Of a stretch of DNA of 64,000 nt, positions 1 to 12,800 are shown piece by piece. The stretch comes from Octopus vulgaris (taxonomy: Eukaryota). The notes below the pieces were generated by a model. It was given only the letters and a program-made list of their open reading frames with translations. It had not been told where the DNA came from and did not search any database. Within the stretch, counting starts at the first letter, position 1. Every line of letters begins with the position of its first letter. Where the stretch lies: NCBI GenBank assembly GCA_951406725.2, contig OX597814.1, forward strand, positions 22,134,001-22,198,000, read 5' to 3'. The position numbers and the translations under genes were made by a program.

Positions 1-160
1 CATCCATCTTCACATTCTGAGTTCAAATTCCACCAAGTTCCACTTTACCTTTCATCCTTTTTGGGGTCAATAAAATAAGTACCAGTTGAGCACTTGGGTC
101 AATGTAATTGATTTGCCCATCCCCTAAAATTGCTGGCCATGCACCAAAATATGAAACCAA
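1..160 (+). mobile_element. tRNA-derived SINE family 1 (Meta/MESC-domain-like), partial
   Basis: B-box-like gagttcaaattcc followed by cctttcatcc...aagtaccag, shared with many copies in the window. Confidence 0.75.
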
Positions 161-729
161 CATTACATGTCATCTTTACCTTATTTGAGAATTTTTCACC
201 AAAAGCCAATGTGAGAGTTTCTCTCATGATATCTACCACAGTATAGTTTGTTCTAACAGAACACCCATGTTTAAGCAAGGATAAATATTACCTCTTTTTA
301 TCTTTTTTCCTTGTAGGGCTTTAGTGCTCTGTTATAATTTCATTTAAATCTGAAATGTATTAAAGGAACAGAAATCAATCACAGTACTTGTTTTAGTATA
401 TAATTCTATTGATCCCAGAAGAATGAAGGGCAAAGCTGACCTCAGCAGAATTCAAACTCCAATTCGTGGCTTTGTTCCAAAGTTAAAAATCAATGTTATA
501 TTAATGGTATTAATAAAATATTGTATCTTACCATGGTAGGATGCTCTACAGAGTTTGATTCATTGTTTCCATGTAACTTCTATTAATAACAGGTTAATTT
601 ATCCTTGGTACTAATATTTTTCTTTCCAAGGCTTTTTCTATATTCAGATCTTACTTATTAACTTATGAACCAAGGTTCCAGTATAAAAATTCTTATTTGG
701 ACCATTAATTTCTTAGAACTATATATGGA

Positions 730-730
730 T

Positions 731-773
<43 letters not shown>

Positions 774-890
774 TATGTATGTTTATAGCATGTGCATGAA
801 AGTGTATTTGTGTATGTAAATGTGTGCATGTAAATGAATGTGTGTGTGTGTAAATGAGTATGTTTATATGTGTGTGTAAATGCGTGTGTG
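730..890. repeat. (GT)n/(TG)n microsatellite, representative of dozens of (TA)n, (CA)n, (GA)n, (ATAC)n, (CAT)n and (AAT)n tracts across the window
   Basis: Directly visible. Confidence 0.95.
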
Positions 891-894
891 ATTA

Positions 895-1075
895 TGAAAA
901 TGTGGTTAGGGTGTTGTGCTCATGATTACAAGATTGTAGTTTCAATTCCCAGATCTGGAAGTGCATTGTGTTCTTGAGCAAAACACTTTAATTTCACATT
1001 GCTCCTATTGATTCAGCTGTAAGTGAGTAGCCCTATAATGGAGAAGCATTCTGTTCAAGAGTCATATTCTGATCT
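895..1075 (+). mobile_element. Degenerate tRNA-derived SINE
   Basis: gtggttag A-box-like start, gtttcaattcc B-box-like motif, and tgtgttcttgagcaaaacactt resembling the 31267-31573 family. Confidence 0.5.
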
Positions 1076-1209
1076 TGGTCATTTGAATATCATGAAAACT
1101 ATCCTAGAACTTGAGACGGTACTTACTTTATATACATACATACATATATGGGTATATATATATACATAGATATATATATATATATATATGATGATATATA
1201 TACATACAC

Positions 1210-1253
<44 letters not shown>

Positions 1254-1258
<5 letters not shown>

Positions 1259-2437
1259 ACAGAAGTAAATAGACACCCCATAAAACATTGTTTTATGTTT
1301 ATTCTAACTTGTAATGGTTTATATTCTTTATTAATTAACATTTTTATGTTTCAGGTTCTATATGTGACTATTTAATCATGCCATGTACAAAAGAAACCTT
1401 GGAACTGTCTGAATTTCAGAGAGGCCATATTGTGGGGCAATCTGAAGGTGGACATAGCATAAAATCACAGAAAACCTTGGGATCCCACTTTCTACAGTTA
1501 ACAGAGTGATTGTGCAATTCACCAGAGAGGGAAAGGAGTCCACATCACCTCACCCACATTGACTAGGGTTCTCTGACAGGACCCTTCTCTTTGTTAAGAT
1601 AATCTTCATTGCAAGGCCTCTGACAAAGCTGAACATATTGATGTCAGTCCCAGAACAGCTGTCAGATATCTCCACAAACTTGGCTACTATGGAAGAGCAG
1701 CAAGGAGACCACTTCTTTGACCAGTCAATATCAAACAGAGAAAATATTGGATCAGTGAGATGGTGGAGAGGCCACTAGCATTTTGGGACACTATCATATT
1801 CTCCAATGAATCCAGATTTGCTGTATTTTCTGACAGTGGTGGAGACTCTGTGATCAAGAATTTGACATGAAAAGGTTGCAGCCAACAATGAAACCTGGCA
1901 GCTATTCTCTGATGGTCTGGGGAGAAATTTGGAGCAATGGTCAATCAGAGCTGGTGGAGTGTGAAAGAAACATAAACTCAGATAAATATATGTCCATATT
2001 GCAGAAAGGACTCTTTCCAATCTTCTTCAGTGGTGAAATGATTAAAGAAATCTCTTTATTTATGGAAGAAGGGGCTCCTTGTCACCCAAGATTTGTTGGA
2101 TGAGAATGGCATTAAAAAGCTTGCATGGCTAAGCCAGTCGCCAGATATGAACCCTATTGAACACCTCTGGAGCATAATGGACAGGACACTTCAGAAAAAG
2201 AACACGAAAGCATCTTCAAAAGCAGATCTTTTGAGATTACTACATGAAATTTGGCAAGAGATTCCATCATCTGATCATTAACATGCCTAATAGGGTCCTT
2301 GCATTGAAAAATGCAAGGGGCACGTCTATTAAATAGTAAGTATTCACATTATAACAATTAATAAATAATTTGAATGTATAATATCAGATTTAAATAAATT
2401 TTAATGATTATAAGGGTGTCTGTTCATTGACATATTG
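1254..2437 (+). mobile_element. Decayed Tc1-like DNA transposon (frameshifted transposase ~1378-2336)
   Basis: Motifs LSEFQRGHIVG, IFSNESRF, SLMVWG, EEGAPCH and WLSQSPDMNPIEHLW. Imperfect terminal inverted repeats agacaccc / gggtgtct. Confidence 0.85.
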
Positions 2438-2439
2438 TT

Positions 2440-3651
2440 ATCATCATCATCATCATCATTTAGCGTCCGCTTTCCATGCTAGTATGGGTTGGACGGTTCA
2501 ACTGGGGTCTGTGAAGCTGGAAGGCTTCATCAGGCCCAGTCAGATCTGGCAGTGTTTCTACGGCTGGATGCCCTTCTTAACGCCAACCACTCCGTGAGTG
2601 TAGTGGGTGCTTTTTACGTGCCACCCGCACAGGTGCCAGACAGGGCTGGCAAACGGCCACGAACGGATGGTGCTTTTACGTATCACCGGCACGGGGCCAG
2701 GCGAGGCTGGCAACGGACATGAACGGATGGTGCTTTTATGTGCCACCGACACGGGGGCCAGACAGAGCTGGCAAACGCCCACGAACGGATGGTGCTTTTA
2801 CGTGTTACTGGCACGGGGGCCAGGCAAGGCTGGCAATGGACATGAACGGATGGTGCTTTTACGTGCCACCGACACGGGGCCAGACAGAGCTGGCAAACGG
2901 CCACGAACGGATGATGCTTTTACGTGTCACCGGCAAGGGGGCCAGGCGAGGCTGGCAACGGACATGAACGGATGGTGCTTTTACATGCCACCGACACGGG
3001 GCCAGACAGAGCTGGCAAACGGCCACGAATGGATGGTGCTTTTACGTGTCACCAGCACGGGGGCCAGGCGAGGCTGGCAACGGACATGAACGGATGGTGC
3101 TTTTACGTGCCACCGACACGGGGCCAGACAGAGCTGGCAAACGGCCACGAATGGATGGTGCTTTTACGTGTCACCAGCACGGGGGCCAGGCGAGGCTGGC
3201 AACGGACACGAACGGATGGTGCTTTTACGTGGCACCGACACGGGGGCCAGACAGAGCTGAGAAATGGCCACAAACGGATGGTGCTTTTACGTGTCACCGG
3301 CATGGGGGCCAGGCGAGGCTGGCAACGGACACGAACTGGTGGTGCTTTTACATGCCACCAACATGGGGGCCAGACAGAGCTGGCAAACGGCCACGAACGG
3401 ATGGTGCTTTTACGTGCCACCGACACGGGGGCCAGACAGAGCTGAGAAATGGCCACAAACGGATGGTGCTTTTACGTGTCACCGGCATGGGGGCCAGGCG
3501 AGGCTGGCAACGGACACGAACTGGTGGTGCTTTTACATGCCACCAACATGGGGGCCAGACAGAGCTGGCAAACGGCCACGAACGGATGGTGCTTTTATGT
3601 GTCACCGGCACAGGGGCCAGGCGAGGCTGGCAGCGGACATGAACGGATGGT
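2440..3651 (-). mobile_element. RTE-type LINE 3' region with an expanded ~61-bp tandem array and (GAT)n tail
   Basis: Same 3' sequence (ggttggcgttaggaagggcatccag...ccatgctagcatgg...gatgatgat) as copies adjoining RTE ORF remnants at 9.7-11.3 kb. About 17 units at 2604-3651. Confidence 0.8.
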
Positions 3652-3819
3652 TCGCTTAACCACAGCTGCAATTCCCACTGATGTTGATCGACCCGAAAGG
3701 GAAGAACACTGTGAGTTATGGAGAAAATAGGATCTAATGAGATATGTGTAAAGCTAAGTGCTTTGAGGAGATAAAACTCTAGATAACCCTATGAACTAGC
3801 CCTAACTAATATTCTCTAA

Positions 3820-3861
<42 letters not shown>

Positions 3862-4020
3862 GCCATAATAGATTGCTAGTCACAATACATTCTTTGTATT
3901 CTCTCCTTGTTTCTTTCTGTGGAAAAGCATAGGCTCAAAACTTTAAAAACTTTTTCACTTCCCGACATCTGTTTGTTGTCTATACCACCTGTCTTCGTCT
4001 TTTGTTTTTTTGTTAATTCT

Positions 4021-4065
<45 letters not shown>

Positions 4066-5048
4066 CATCACCATATTTAAAGTATATTTTCCATGTTGGC
4101 ATGACAGTTTGACGGGGGTTGGCTAACCAGAAGGGTGTGCCACACTACAGTTGTCTGTTTTGGCATGGTTTCTTATGGCATAATACCCTTTCTAACACCC
4201 ATCCACTTTACAGAGCTTACTGAGTGCTTTTTCTGTAGCACCTACACAGGTGCTTTCCGTGTGGAACCAGTATGGGTGCTTTTAATGTGACACCAACACT
4301 TACAGGGTCACCAAGAAGTTTGCAAGACAAGAACATCTCAATTGAGGGAGGTGGCCATGTGCCAGGCAAGAGGTTGAAATATGATAGAGGTACAAGGGAT
4401 AGCTGGTCTTACTATAGAGGAGATACTTGGCTACTCAGTAAGACAAGAAAGGGAGGGAGGGAGAGGAGAGTGAGAAAGAAAGACAGTCAGAGAACATAGT
4501 CATCCTTTCATTTTATGTCTGTCTTTCCATTCTAGCATGGGTTAGATAAACATGTCAGTAAGCTTTTTTTTTGTTTTTGCAACATGTCCTTTTTTTGCTC
4601 ACCTGTTTTTCTCTTAATTCACATATCTTCAAAGGCACAAAGGGAGTGGATGATTTATTTACAGGGGAAATAGCATTGAAATCATCACTTGTAGCTGTGG
4701 CACTAACACTATAGAGGTTGCCTTGCTCTCAGCATGACCAAAGAGACCTCTCAAGTTTAGCATGGTTGCTGCACTAACCTCGCTCAAATGTTTTGCTCAC
4801 TTGCCACCGGCACAAGTGCCAGTAAGGCGACACTGGTAACAATCATGCTCAAAAGGTGGTTTTTATGTGCCAACTGGCACAGAAGCCAGGCAGCTGCATT
4901 GGCACAGGTGCCAGTCATCGAATTTGGTTCAATTTCGATTTCACTTGCCCCAACAGGTCTTCGCAAGCAGAGTTTAGTGTCCAATGAAGGGACGTTAGCA
5001 TGGGTGCCAGCTGTCATATATATATACATATATAGCTTGTTTGGATTA

Positions 5049-5085
<37 letters not shown>

Positions 5086-5316
5086 CACAAACACACATAC
5101 ATACATACTTGAATTGTGCTCTTTATGTGCCACCAGCACAGAAACCAGTCAGGTAGCACTGACATAGACCACGCTTGAGTGATGCTTTTTACGTGTCATT
5201 GGCATTGGTATCCGCCACATCAAATGGTGCTTTTAAACATACTACCGACACAGGTGCCAGTCAGGCAGCACTAGCATCTGCCACGACTATGATTTCACTT
5301 GACTATATATATAGTT

Positions 5317-5402
<86 letters not shown>

Positions 5403-5449
5403 TATATGATGATGATATAAATATATTATTATATATATATATATGTATG

Positions 5450-5504
<55 letters not shown>

Positions 5505-5629
5505 GTATATGTATATATATATATGTATATGTATATATATGCATATATATATATATATATGTATATATATATGTATATATATATATGTATATATATGTGT
5601 ATATTTATATGTATATATATGTGTATATT

Positions 5630-5677
<48 letters not shown>

Positions 5678-5679
5678 GA

Positions 5680-6575
5680 CCCGGCAAGACTAGTCAGGCC
5701 ATAACCTGTGGCCCCTACCTGGGACGTAGTCAGTCCACCTGTGCATACCTTCCTTCTTGTGACACTTGTGAAGACCTGTTGAGGCAAGTGAAAATCAAAT
5801 CAAAATCAAATCAAAACAAATCAAAATAGATGAACATCAATGGAATTTGTATCTTTTTGGTACCAGTGCCGGTGGCACACAAGAAAACCATCCGAACGTG
5901 GCCGTAGCCAGCACCGCATCGACTGGCCTCCGTGCTGTTGGCACGTAACAAACACCATCCGATCGTGGCCGTTTGCCAGCCTCATCTGGCACCTGTGTCG
6001 GTGGCACATAAAAACACCATCCGAGTGTGGCCGTCTGCCAGCCTCGTCTGGCACCTGTGTCGGTGGCACATAAAAAACACCATCCGAGCATGGCCGTTCG
6101 CCAGCCTCGTCTGGCACCTGTGTCGGTGGCACATAAAATCACCCACTACACTCTCGGAGTGGTTGGCGTTAGGAAGGGCATCCAGCTGTAGAAACACTGC
6201 CAGATCTGCCTGGCCTGGTGCAGCCTTCGGGCTCCCCAGACCCCAGTTGAACCTTCCAACCCATGCTAGCATGGAAAGCGGACATTAAATGATGATGATG
6301 ATGATGATGATATATATATATATATATATATATAAAATACACCAATCCGACCGTGGCCGTTGCCAGCCTCGCCTGGCACCTGTGCAGGTGGCACGTAAAA
6401 AGCACCCACTACACTCACGGAGTAGTTGGCGTTAGGAAGGGCATCCAGCTGTAGAAACATTGCCAGATTAGACTGGAGCCTGGTGCAGCCTTCTGGCTTC
6501 CCAGAACCCCGGTCGAACCGTCCAACCCATGCTAGCATGGAGAACGGACGTTAAATGATGATGATGATAATGATG
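5680..6575 (+). mobile_element. Two RTE-type LINE 3' ends (about 5680-6310 and 6341-6575)
   Basis: ggtggcacrtaaaa repeat units, the aggaagggcatccagctgtagaaac motif and (GAT)n tails. Confidence 0.8.
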
Positions 6576-6892
6576 ATAAGTAAATAAATGGAGTTGAAGG
6601 CAGATGCTATTCAAATTCTTTTACTTTCGACATATGTTTGAACAGTTAGTTTAACTTACACTTTACTTCAATAGAGAAATCTACTTCCAAGCCTTTGAAC
6701 ATTCTTTCAACCAATGTATCCCTCTTTATTTGTTCTCTACTTATTATTTCTTTACCCCTTATCTTTCTAGTATCTGCCTTTGACGTTGAATCTACTAATG
6801 CTTTTTTTTTAAATACTTAATAACATTCTGTTTATCATTTATGCAGTCATCGAAATTGTTATAATGTCTTGTTGTTGAGATAGGCTCTCTTT

Positions 6893-6973
6893 TTTCCTGA
6901 TGAGAAGATTGCATTTTACACCGTTTATTCCTTTGGAATAAAAACAATGTGGTCTTCGAGACATATGTCGAAA
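6893..6973 (+). ncRNA. Type I hammerhead ribozyme motif with long stem II (core variant GAGAC)
   Basis: TTTC-CTGATGA(6897-6903)-GAAGATTGCATT...AATGTGGTCTTC-GAGAC-ATAT-GTC-GAAA. The inverted partial copy at about 6625-6639 retains AAAC. Confidence 0.7.
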
Positions 6974-7327
6974 GTAAAAGAATTTGTATAGCATCTGCAT
7001 TCAACTCCATTTATTTACTTATACTACACAAATTACTGCACATTAACCCGGAATTCCTACCTTTGAATAGGTCGCTACATCCTTGTTACTTGCGTGAATT
7101 TTGCTACCCTGGTAACTGTTTATTGAATTTTCCATGTTAATGGTAAACAAAGGATAATTCATTCATCCATTTATATATATATATCATCATCATCATCATC
7201 ATCATCATTTAGCATCCGCTTTCCATGCTAGCATGGGTTGGACGGTTCAACTGGGGTCTGTGAAGCCAGAAGGCTGCATCAGGCCCAGTCTGATCTGGCA
7301 GTGTTTCTACGGCTGGATGCCCTTCCT

Positions 7328-7370
<43 letters not shown>

Positions 7371-7460
7371 CAACAATTGAGGGTAAAATTAATTAATTAT
7401 TAATCAATTTCACCAAGTATTCAGTATGTAAAGGGACCATTTTAGGCGAATTCAAAATAT

Positions 7461-7645
7461 GGCACATAAAATCACCCACTACACTCTCGGAGTGGTTGGC
7501 GTTAGGAAGGGCATCCAGCTGTAGAAACACTGCCAGATCTGACTGGCCTGGTGCAGCCTTCGGGCTTGCCAGACCCCAGTTGAACCGTCCAACCCATGCT
7601 AGCATGGGAAGCGGACGTTAAACGATGATGATGATGATGATGATG
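7461..7645 (+). mobile_element. 5'-truncated RTE-type 3' end nested in the 557-bp element
   Basis: Interrupts ...ttcaaaatat / atataagggctta, which is near-contiguous in the other arm. Confidence 0.8.
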
Positions 7646-7827
7646 ATATAAGGGCTTAGTAAAATAAATTACTTTGCCACATACTGAACTCATTAGAAAT
7701 AGCAGCTAAAGAAATTTCTTTAGCTATTTCTAATACTTAAAGAAGATCTCTCCAGATAGTGTTTGCTCAAACCAACTCACAAAGGTATGGGGGAAAAAAC
7801 ATTAAAAAATCAAGTGCAAAGGTTATT

Positions 7828-7880
7828 TGAGAACGTACGTTTCTAGATTAGTCAAATCGACATTTTCTTTCGTCAGCTCA
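7828..7880 (-). ncRNA. Minimal type I hammerhead ribozyme motif
   Basis: Minus strand reads TGAG-CTGACGA-(AGA..GTC..GAC..TCT stem II)-GAAAC-GTAC-GTT-CTCA. Confidence 0.75.
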
Positions 7881-8645
7881 GAACTCCTTGATTCGGATTT
7901 GGGAACACTGAAAGTGGGAGCATACCCTTTTGGTTTCTTATCACCTCTAGAATTCCGCTCGAACTAAAAGTGTTATCAAATTCAAAATATGCAAGCGAAG
8001 AATTTCTGCTCTCCCCTTTCCACCAGCGTGGGTTAAAATTGACAAACACTATGTTTTATCGGTGAAAACCGAAGCATTAAACAGAGAGAAATGAATTATA
8101 ATTTCAACAATTGAGGGTAATCTAGAAACGTACGTTCTCAAATAACCTTTGCACTTGATTTTTTAATGTTTTTTCCCCCATACCTTTGTGAGTTGGTTTG
8201 AACAAACACTATCTGAGAGAGATCTTCTTTAAGTATTAGAAATAGCTAAAGAAATTTCTTTAGCTGCTATTTCTAATGAGTTCAGTATGTGGCAAAGTAA
8301 TTTATTTTACTAAGCCCTTATATATAATGTAATATTTTGAATTCGCCTAAAATGGTCCCTTTACATACTGAATACTTGGTGAAATTGATTAATAACTAAT
8401 TAATTTTACCCTCAATTGTTGAAATTATAATTCATTTCTCTCTGTTTAATGCTTCGGTTTTCACCGATAAAACATAGTGTTTGTCAATTTTAACCCACGC
8501 TGGTGGAAAGGGGAGAGCAGAAATTCTTCGCTTGCATATTTTGAATTTGATAACACTTTTAGTTCGAGCGGAATTCTAGAGGTGATAAGAAACCAAAAGG
8601 GTATGCTCCCACTTTCAGTGTTCCCAAATCCGAATCAAGGAGTTC

Positions 8646-8697
8646 TGAGCTGACGAAAGAAATGTCGATTTGACTAATCTAGAAACGTACGTTCTCA
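8646..8697 (+). ncRNA. Minimal type I hammerhead ribozyme motif
   Basis: TGAG(8646-49)/CTCA(8694-97) stem I, CTGACGA at 8650-56, GAAAC at 8682-86, palindromic GTAC loop III and a GTT cleavage triplet. Confidence 0.75.
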
Positions 8698-9359
8698 AAT
8701 AACCATTGCACTTGATTTTTTAATGTTTTTTCCCCCATACCTTTGTGAGTTGGTTTGAGCAAACACTATCTGAGAGAGATCTTCTTTAAGTATTAGAAAT
8801 AGCTAAAGAAATTTCTTTAGCTGCTATTTCTAATGAGTTCAGTATGTGGCAAAGTAATTTATTTTACTAAGCCCTTATATATAATGTTATATATATATAT
8901 ATATATACATACATACAAAATATATAAACATTAATAACTATAAAAGACTGCTGGGAATATTATCTGTATGGACTTCAAGGGCTAGGTTTCTATTTAGTTA
9001 GATAATTTAAGAATCAGTTATAGGTTTACTTATAGAATTATTATTTTACTGATACTGTTTTTGTACATATAGAAAATGTGGTTTCTTTGTTGTACTTTAA
9101 TTAATAATGCTAGTGCTTAATCCTTCCTAGAATTAAGATTGAATAAATGTGATGATATCAGAGGTATGTTTGTTCCTAAACAACACTTATGTTAGTGTTG
9201 TTTACACTGCCGGATTGAATGGTACTGCCCAGGTGTTGAAACCATAGTAATATCCATAGGGAAGCTGATGGAGGTGTGTTAGGTGGGTATGGCTCTTATT
9301 ATATGTTAATTAGATCAACTGGAACACTCATCATCATAACCAATGGAGTGCCAGCTATA

Positions 9360-9393
<34 letters not shown>

Positions 9394-9659
9394 CATACAT
9401 ATAAATCATTATTATTATCATCATTTAAGTCCACTTTCCATGCTAGCATGGGCTGGACAGCTTGACAGGGAACCAGTGTGAAGTGCAAAACTGCATCAGG
9501 ATCCAGTATCTTCTTTAGATCTTGGTGCTTTTTATGTGCCACTGGCTCTAGTAAGGTTGCTTTGAAACTTGCAAGACATAAAAGAACAGACAAAAAAAGA
9601 GAAAAGGCCTCCTCAACATAGAGGGTGTATTTGAGAAGGGAAGGTGGAAGTGGGTAGCT

Positions 9660-10290
9660 GTATGCTAAATGTTTTGAAAGGCTAAAGTATGACAGAAGGA
9701 CCAAGTCAGTAGCGAGCAGAGTGGGGGGATGCACCAAGAGCATAGCTGCTAGCATAAGAATAGGCCGGGCAAAGTTCAGAGAGATACTACCTCTGCTGGT
9801 AACAAAGGGCCTCTCTCTCAGAGTGAAATGCAAACTGTATGATGCCTATGTGCAAACAGCCATGCTACATGGCAGTGAAACATGGGCTTTGACTGCTGAG
9901 GACATGCATAGGTTTGTAAGAAATGAAGCTTGTGTCCTTCACTGGATATGTATGTCAGTGTGCATGTACAACAGGGTGCAAGTGCCTTGAGAGAAAAGCC
10001 AGGCATAAGAGACATCAGATGTGGAGTGCAAAAGAGATGACTGCACTGGGATGGTCATGTGATGTGTATGGACGAGGACAGCTGTATGAAGAAGTGTCAC
10101 ACTGTAACAGTGGAGAGAACCTGTGAAAGAAGTAAACCCAGGAAGACATAAGACATGGTGGTGAAGCATGATCTTCGAATGTTGGGCCTCATGGAGGCAA
10201 TGACAAATGAGCAAGACTTTTGGTGATATGCTGTGCTTGAGAAGACATGTCAGGCCAAGTGAGATTGTAGCCATGGCTGATGCCAGTATC
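9660..10290 (+). mobile_element. RTE-clade LINE, C-terminal ORF remnant
   Basis: RIGRAKFREILPLL...KCKLYDAYVQTAMLHGSETWALT, followed by a frameshifted RxxWxGHV-type segment typical of the RTE post-RT region. Confidence 0.85.
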
Positions 10291-10297
10291 ATATAAA

Positions 10298-10945
10298 TCA
10301 TCATTATCATCATCATCATCGTTTAACGTCCGTTCTCCATGCTAGCATGGGTTGGACGGTTCGACCGGGGATCTGGGAAGCCAGAAGGCTGCACCAGGCT
10401 CCAGTCTTATCTGGCAATGTTTCTACAGCTGGATGCCCTTCCTAAAGCCAACCACTCCGTGAGTGTAGTGGGTGCTTTTTACGTGCCACCTGCACAGGTG
10501 CCAGGCGAGGCTGGCAACGGCCACGGTCGGATTGGTGCATTTTACGTGCCACTGGCACGGAAGCCAGTCGAGGTGGCGCTGGCATCGGCCACGATTCGGA
10601 TAGTGCTTTTTACGTACCACCAGTCCAGGGGTCCTGGCATCTGCTGGGTGCCAGTCATAGGATTGGTTCAATTTCGATTCTGATTTCGATTTCGATTTCG
10701 ATTTCACTTGCCCCAACAGGTCTTCGCAAGCAAAGGGGGTTGGCATGGGTGCCTGTCGTCGGATGAGGTTCGATATCAACTTCGCTTGCCTCAACAGGTC
10801 TTTGTGTGTCCAAGGGAGGAAAGGCATGCATAAGTGGGCTGGACTCACTTGTCCTGCCTGGTCTTCTCACGCACAGCATATTTCCAAAGGTCTCGGTCGC
10901 TGGTCATTTCCTCAGTGAGGCCTAAAGTTCGAAGGTCGTGCTTCA
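10298..10945 (-). mobile_element. RTE-type LINE 3' end inserted in opposite orientation
   Basis: Minus ORF end HDLRTLGLTEEMTSDRDLWKYAVREKT, then 3' UTR and (GAT)n tail. Confidence 0.8.
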
Positions 10946-11776
10946 ATGGCATGTAAAAATCACCCCTCATATGTTGGACAATATGCTGTGCTTGAGAAGA
11001 CCTGTGAAGCCAAGTGAAATCATAACCATAGCCAATGCCAGTGCCAGTTGACTGGCATCTGTGCTGGTGGCACATAAAAAAGCATTAATGCTGGTGTCAT
11101 ATCAATGGCACCCGAGCTGGAGGCACGTAAAAAGTATCCATTGCACTCTTGGAGTGGTTGACATTAGGAAGGGCATCCAGCTGTAGAAACCATGCCAAAC
11201 CAAATTGGAACTTAGTGTAGCTCCCCAGCTCACCAGTTTTCAATCAAACTGTCCAACCCATGCCAGCATGTTATTATTTATGCTTCACCATCCTCAGAAC
11301 CTTCCTGTATTGGATTTTGAGTCTACAATGTACTGTAGACTGCATGCTGGATTATGCTCCTGTGTAACCTTAAGTAACATTGTATATTTAGTCTATACTT
11401 GTGAATGTATATGTAACGGGAAGGACAAATCTGCATTTTATTTAGTAAGTACATGAGTGTTCATACACACTTTCAGTGCACAAGTATGCTATCCCCAACT
11501 CTACCTCTGGGCCTTTGTTATTTAAATACCTTGATTCCGTTGGATCCTGAAAATTTTATATACATATATATAAATCGAAATGTACAGTATTATGTCCAAT
11601 CAGTTTCACACAAAGAGTTCAACAGTGTTAGGTAACAGTCCAATTATGTAACCCTGCACTCTTCAGGGGTAGCCGTTATGGAATGAAATACGGTGACTGC
11701 TATTTCAACATTGCAGATGAATGTTTGTTACCCCTACAGCCACAACAATAACAACGACTCTTGTGATCCAGGAATC

Positions 11777-11869
<93 letters not shown>

Positions 11870-12194
11870 AATCTTACTTAGAAATGGATGCGTGCATTCC
11901 GTCATATAATATATTAATAAATAAAACATATGCATATATATATATACATATATGTACGTACCTACCTCTACATGTATATATACACGCATATATGGGTACA
12001 GGACACCCAAAAAACGTCGAACACAATGAGAAACAAAAACATAAGCACAAAACCAAGGAACTGGACATTTTTCTTAAACAACAAAAAAATAGAGTACAGG
12101 GCAAATAACACAGGGAAAATTCCCCTTCTTCAGTCGCCATGGTTTCATCTACTCTGCATATGTTTTATTTATTAATATATATATATATATATAC

Positions 12195-12227
<33 letters not shown>

Positions 12228-12235
12228 TATATATA

Positions 12236-12800
12236 TCATCATCTTCATCATCATTGACTTTAGCATCCATTTTCCATGCTGACATGGTTTGGATGGTTTG
12301 ACTGAGGGCTGGCAAGCCAGAAGGCTGCACCAGGCTCCAATGTGATCTGGCAGAGTTTCTACAGCTGAATACCCTTCCTAAGGCCAACCTCTCCAAGAGT
12401 GTAGAGGGTGCTTTTTACAATCCACTGGCACAAGGACCAGTCAGGGGGTACTGGCATCAACCACACTTGAATGGTGCTGTTTACGTGCCACTGGCATGGG
12501 ACCAGTCAGCCAGCACAGGCATCAACCACGCTCAGATGGTACTTTTTACATGCCACCAGCACAGGAGCCAGTCAGGCAGCACTGGCAACGATCACACAAT
12601 CAAATGGTGCTTTTTATGTGCCACCGGTACGGATAGCAATCAGGTGGTACTGTCATCAGCCACAACAATGACTTCACTTGACTCAACAGGTCTTCACAAG
12701 CACAGTTTATTGCCCAATGATTGAAGGGTACTCTTAAATGGGTTGGTTTTGCTGCACTGGAATAGGCCACAGTTACAGTATCACTTGGCTTGCCACGTCA
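12236..12800 (-). mobile_element. Older RTE-type LINE 3' end
   Basis: Diverged copy of the same 3' UTR with degenerate repeat units. Confidence 0.7.

Larger units (their letters stand above)
7368..8888. mobile_element. Non-autonomous Penelope-like/retrozyme element: 557-bp unit in inverted plus tandem arrangement between (TA)n tracts
   Basis: tctagaaacg recurs at 8121 and 8678. 7368-8120 is the reverse complement of the unit, interrupted by an RTE tail. Confidence 0.75.

Noticed and set aside
1079-1375. ORFs rich in YI, CV, HT or ER repeats here and throughout (for example 5287-5829, 33436-33869 and 49243-49629)
   Set aside because: They are translations of (TA)n, (CA)n, (GA)n and (ATAC)n microsatellites that lack stop codons.
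2604-3651. CRISPR-like or protein-coding reading of the 61-bp array
   Set aside because: There are no unique spacers and no cas genes, the context is eukaryotic, and the overlapping ORFs simply reflect a GC-rich repeat.
6352-6407. HDV-like ribozyme resemblance of the RTE monomer (CCAGCCTCGCCTGGC)
   Set aside because: The loop is too short and I could not place P1, P1.1, P4 or the catalytic C.
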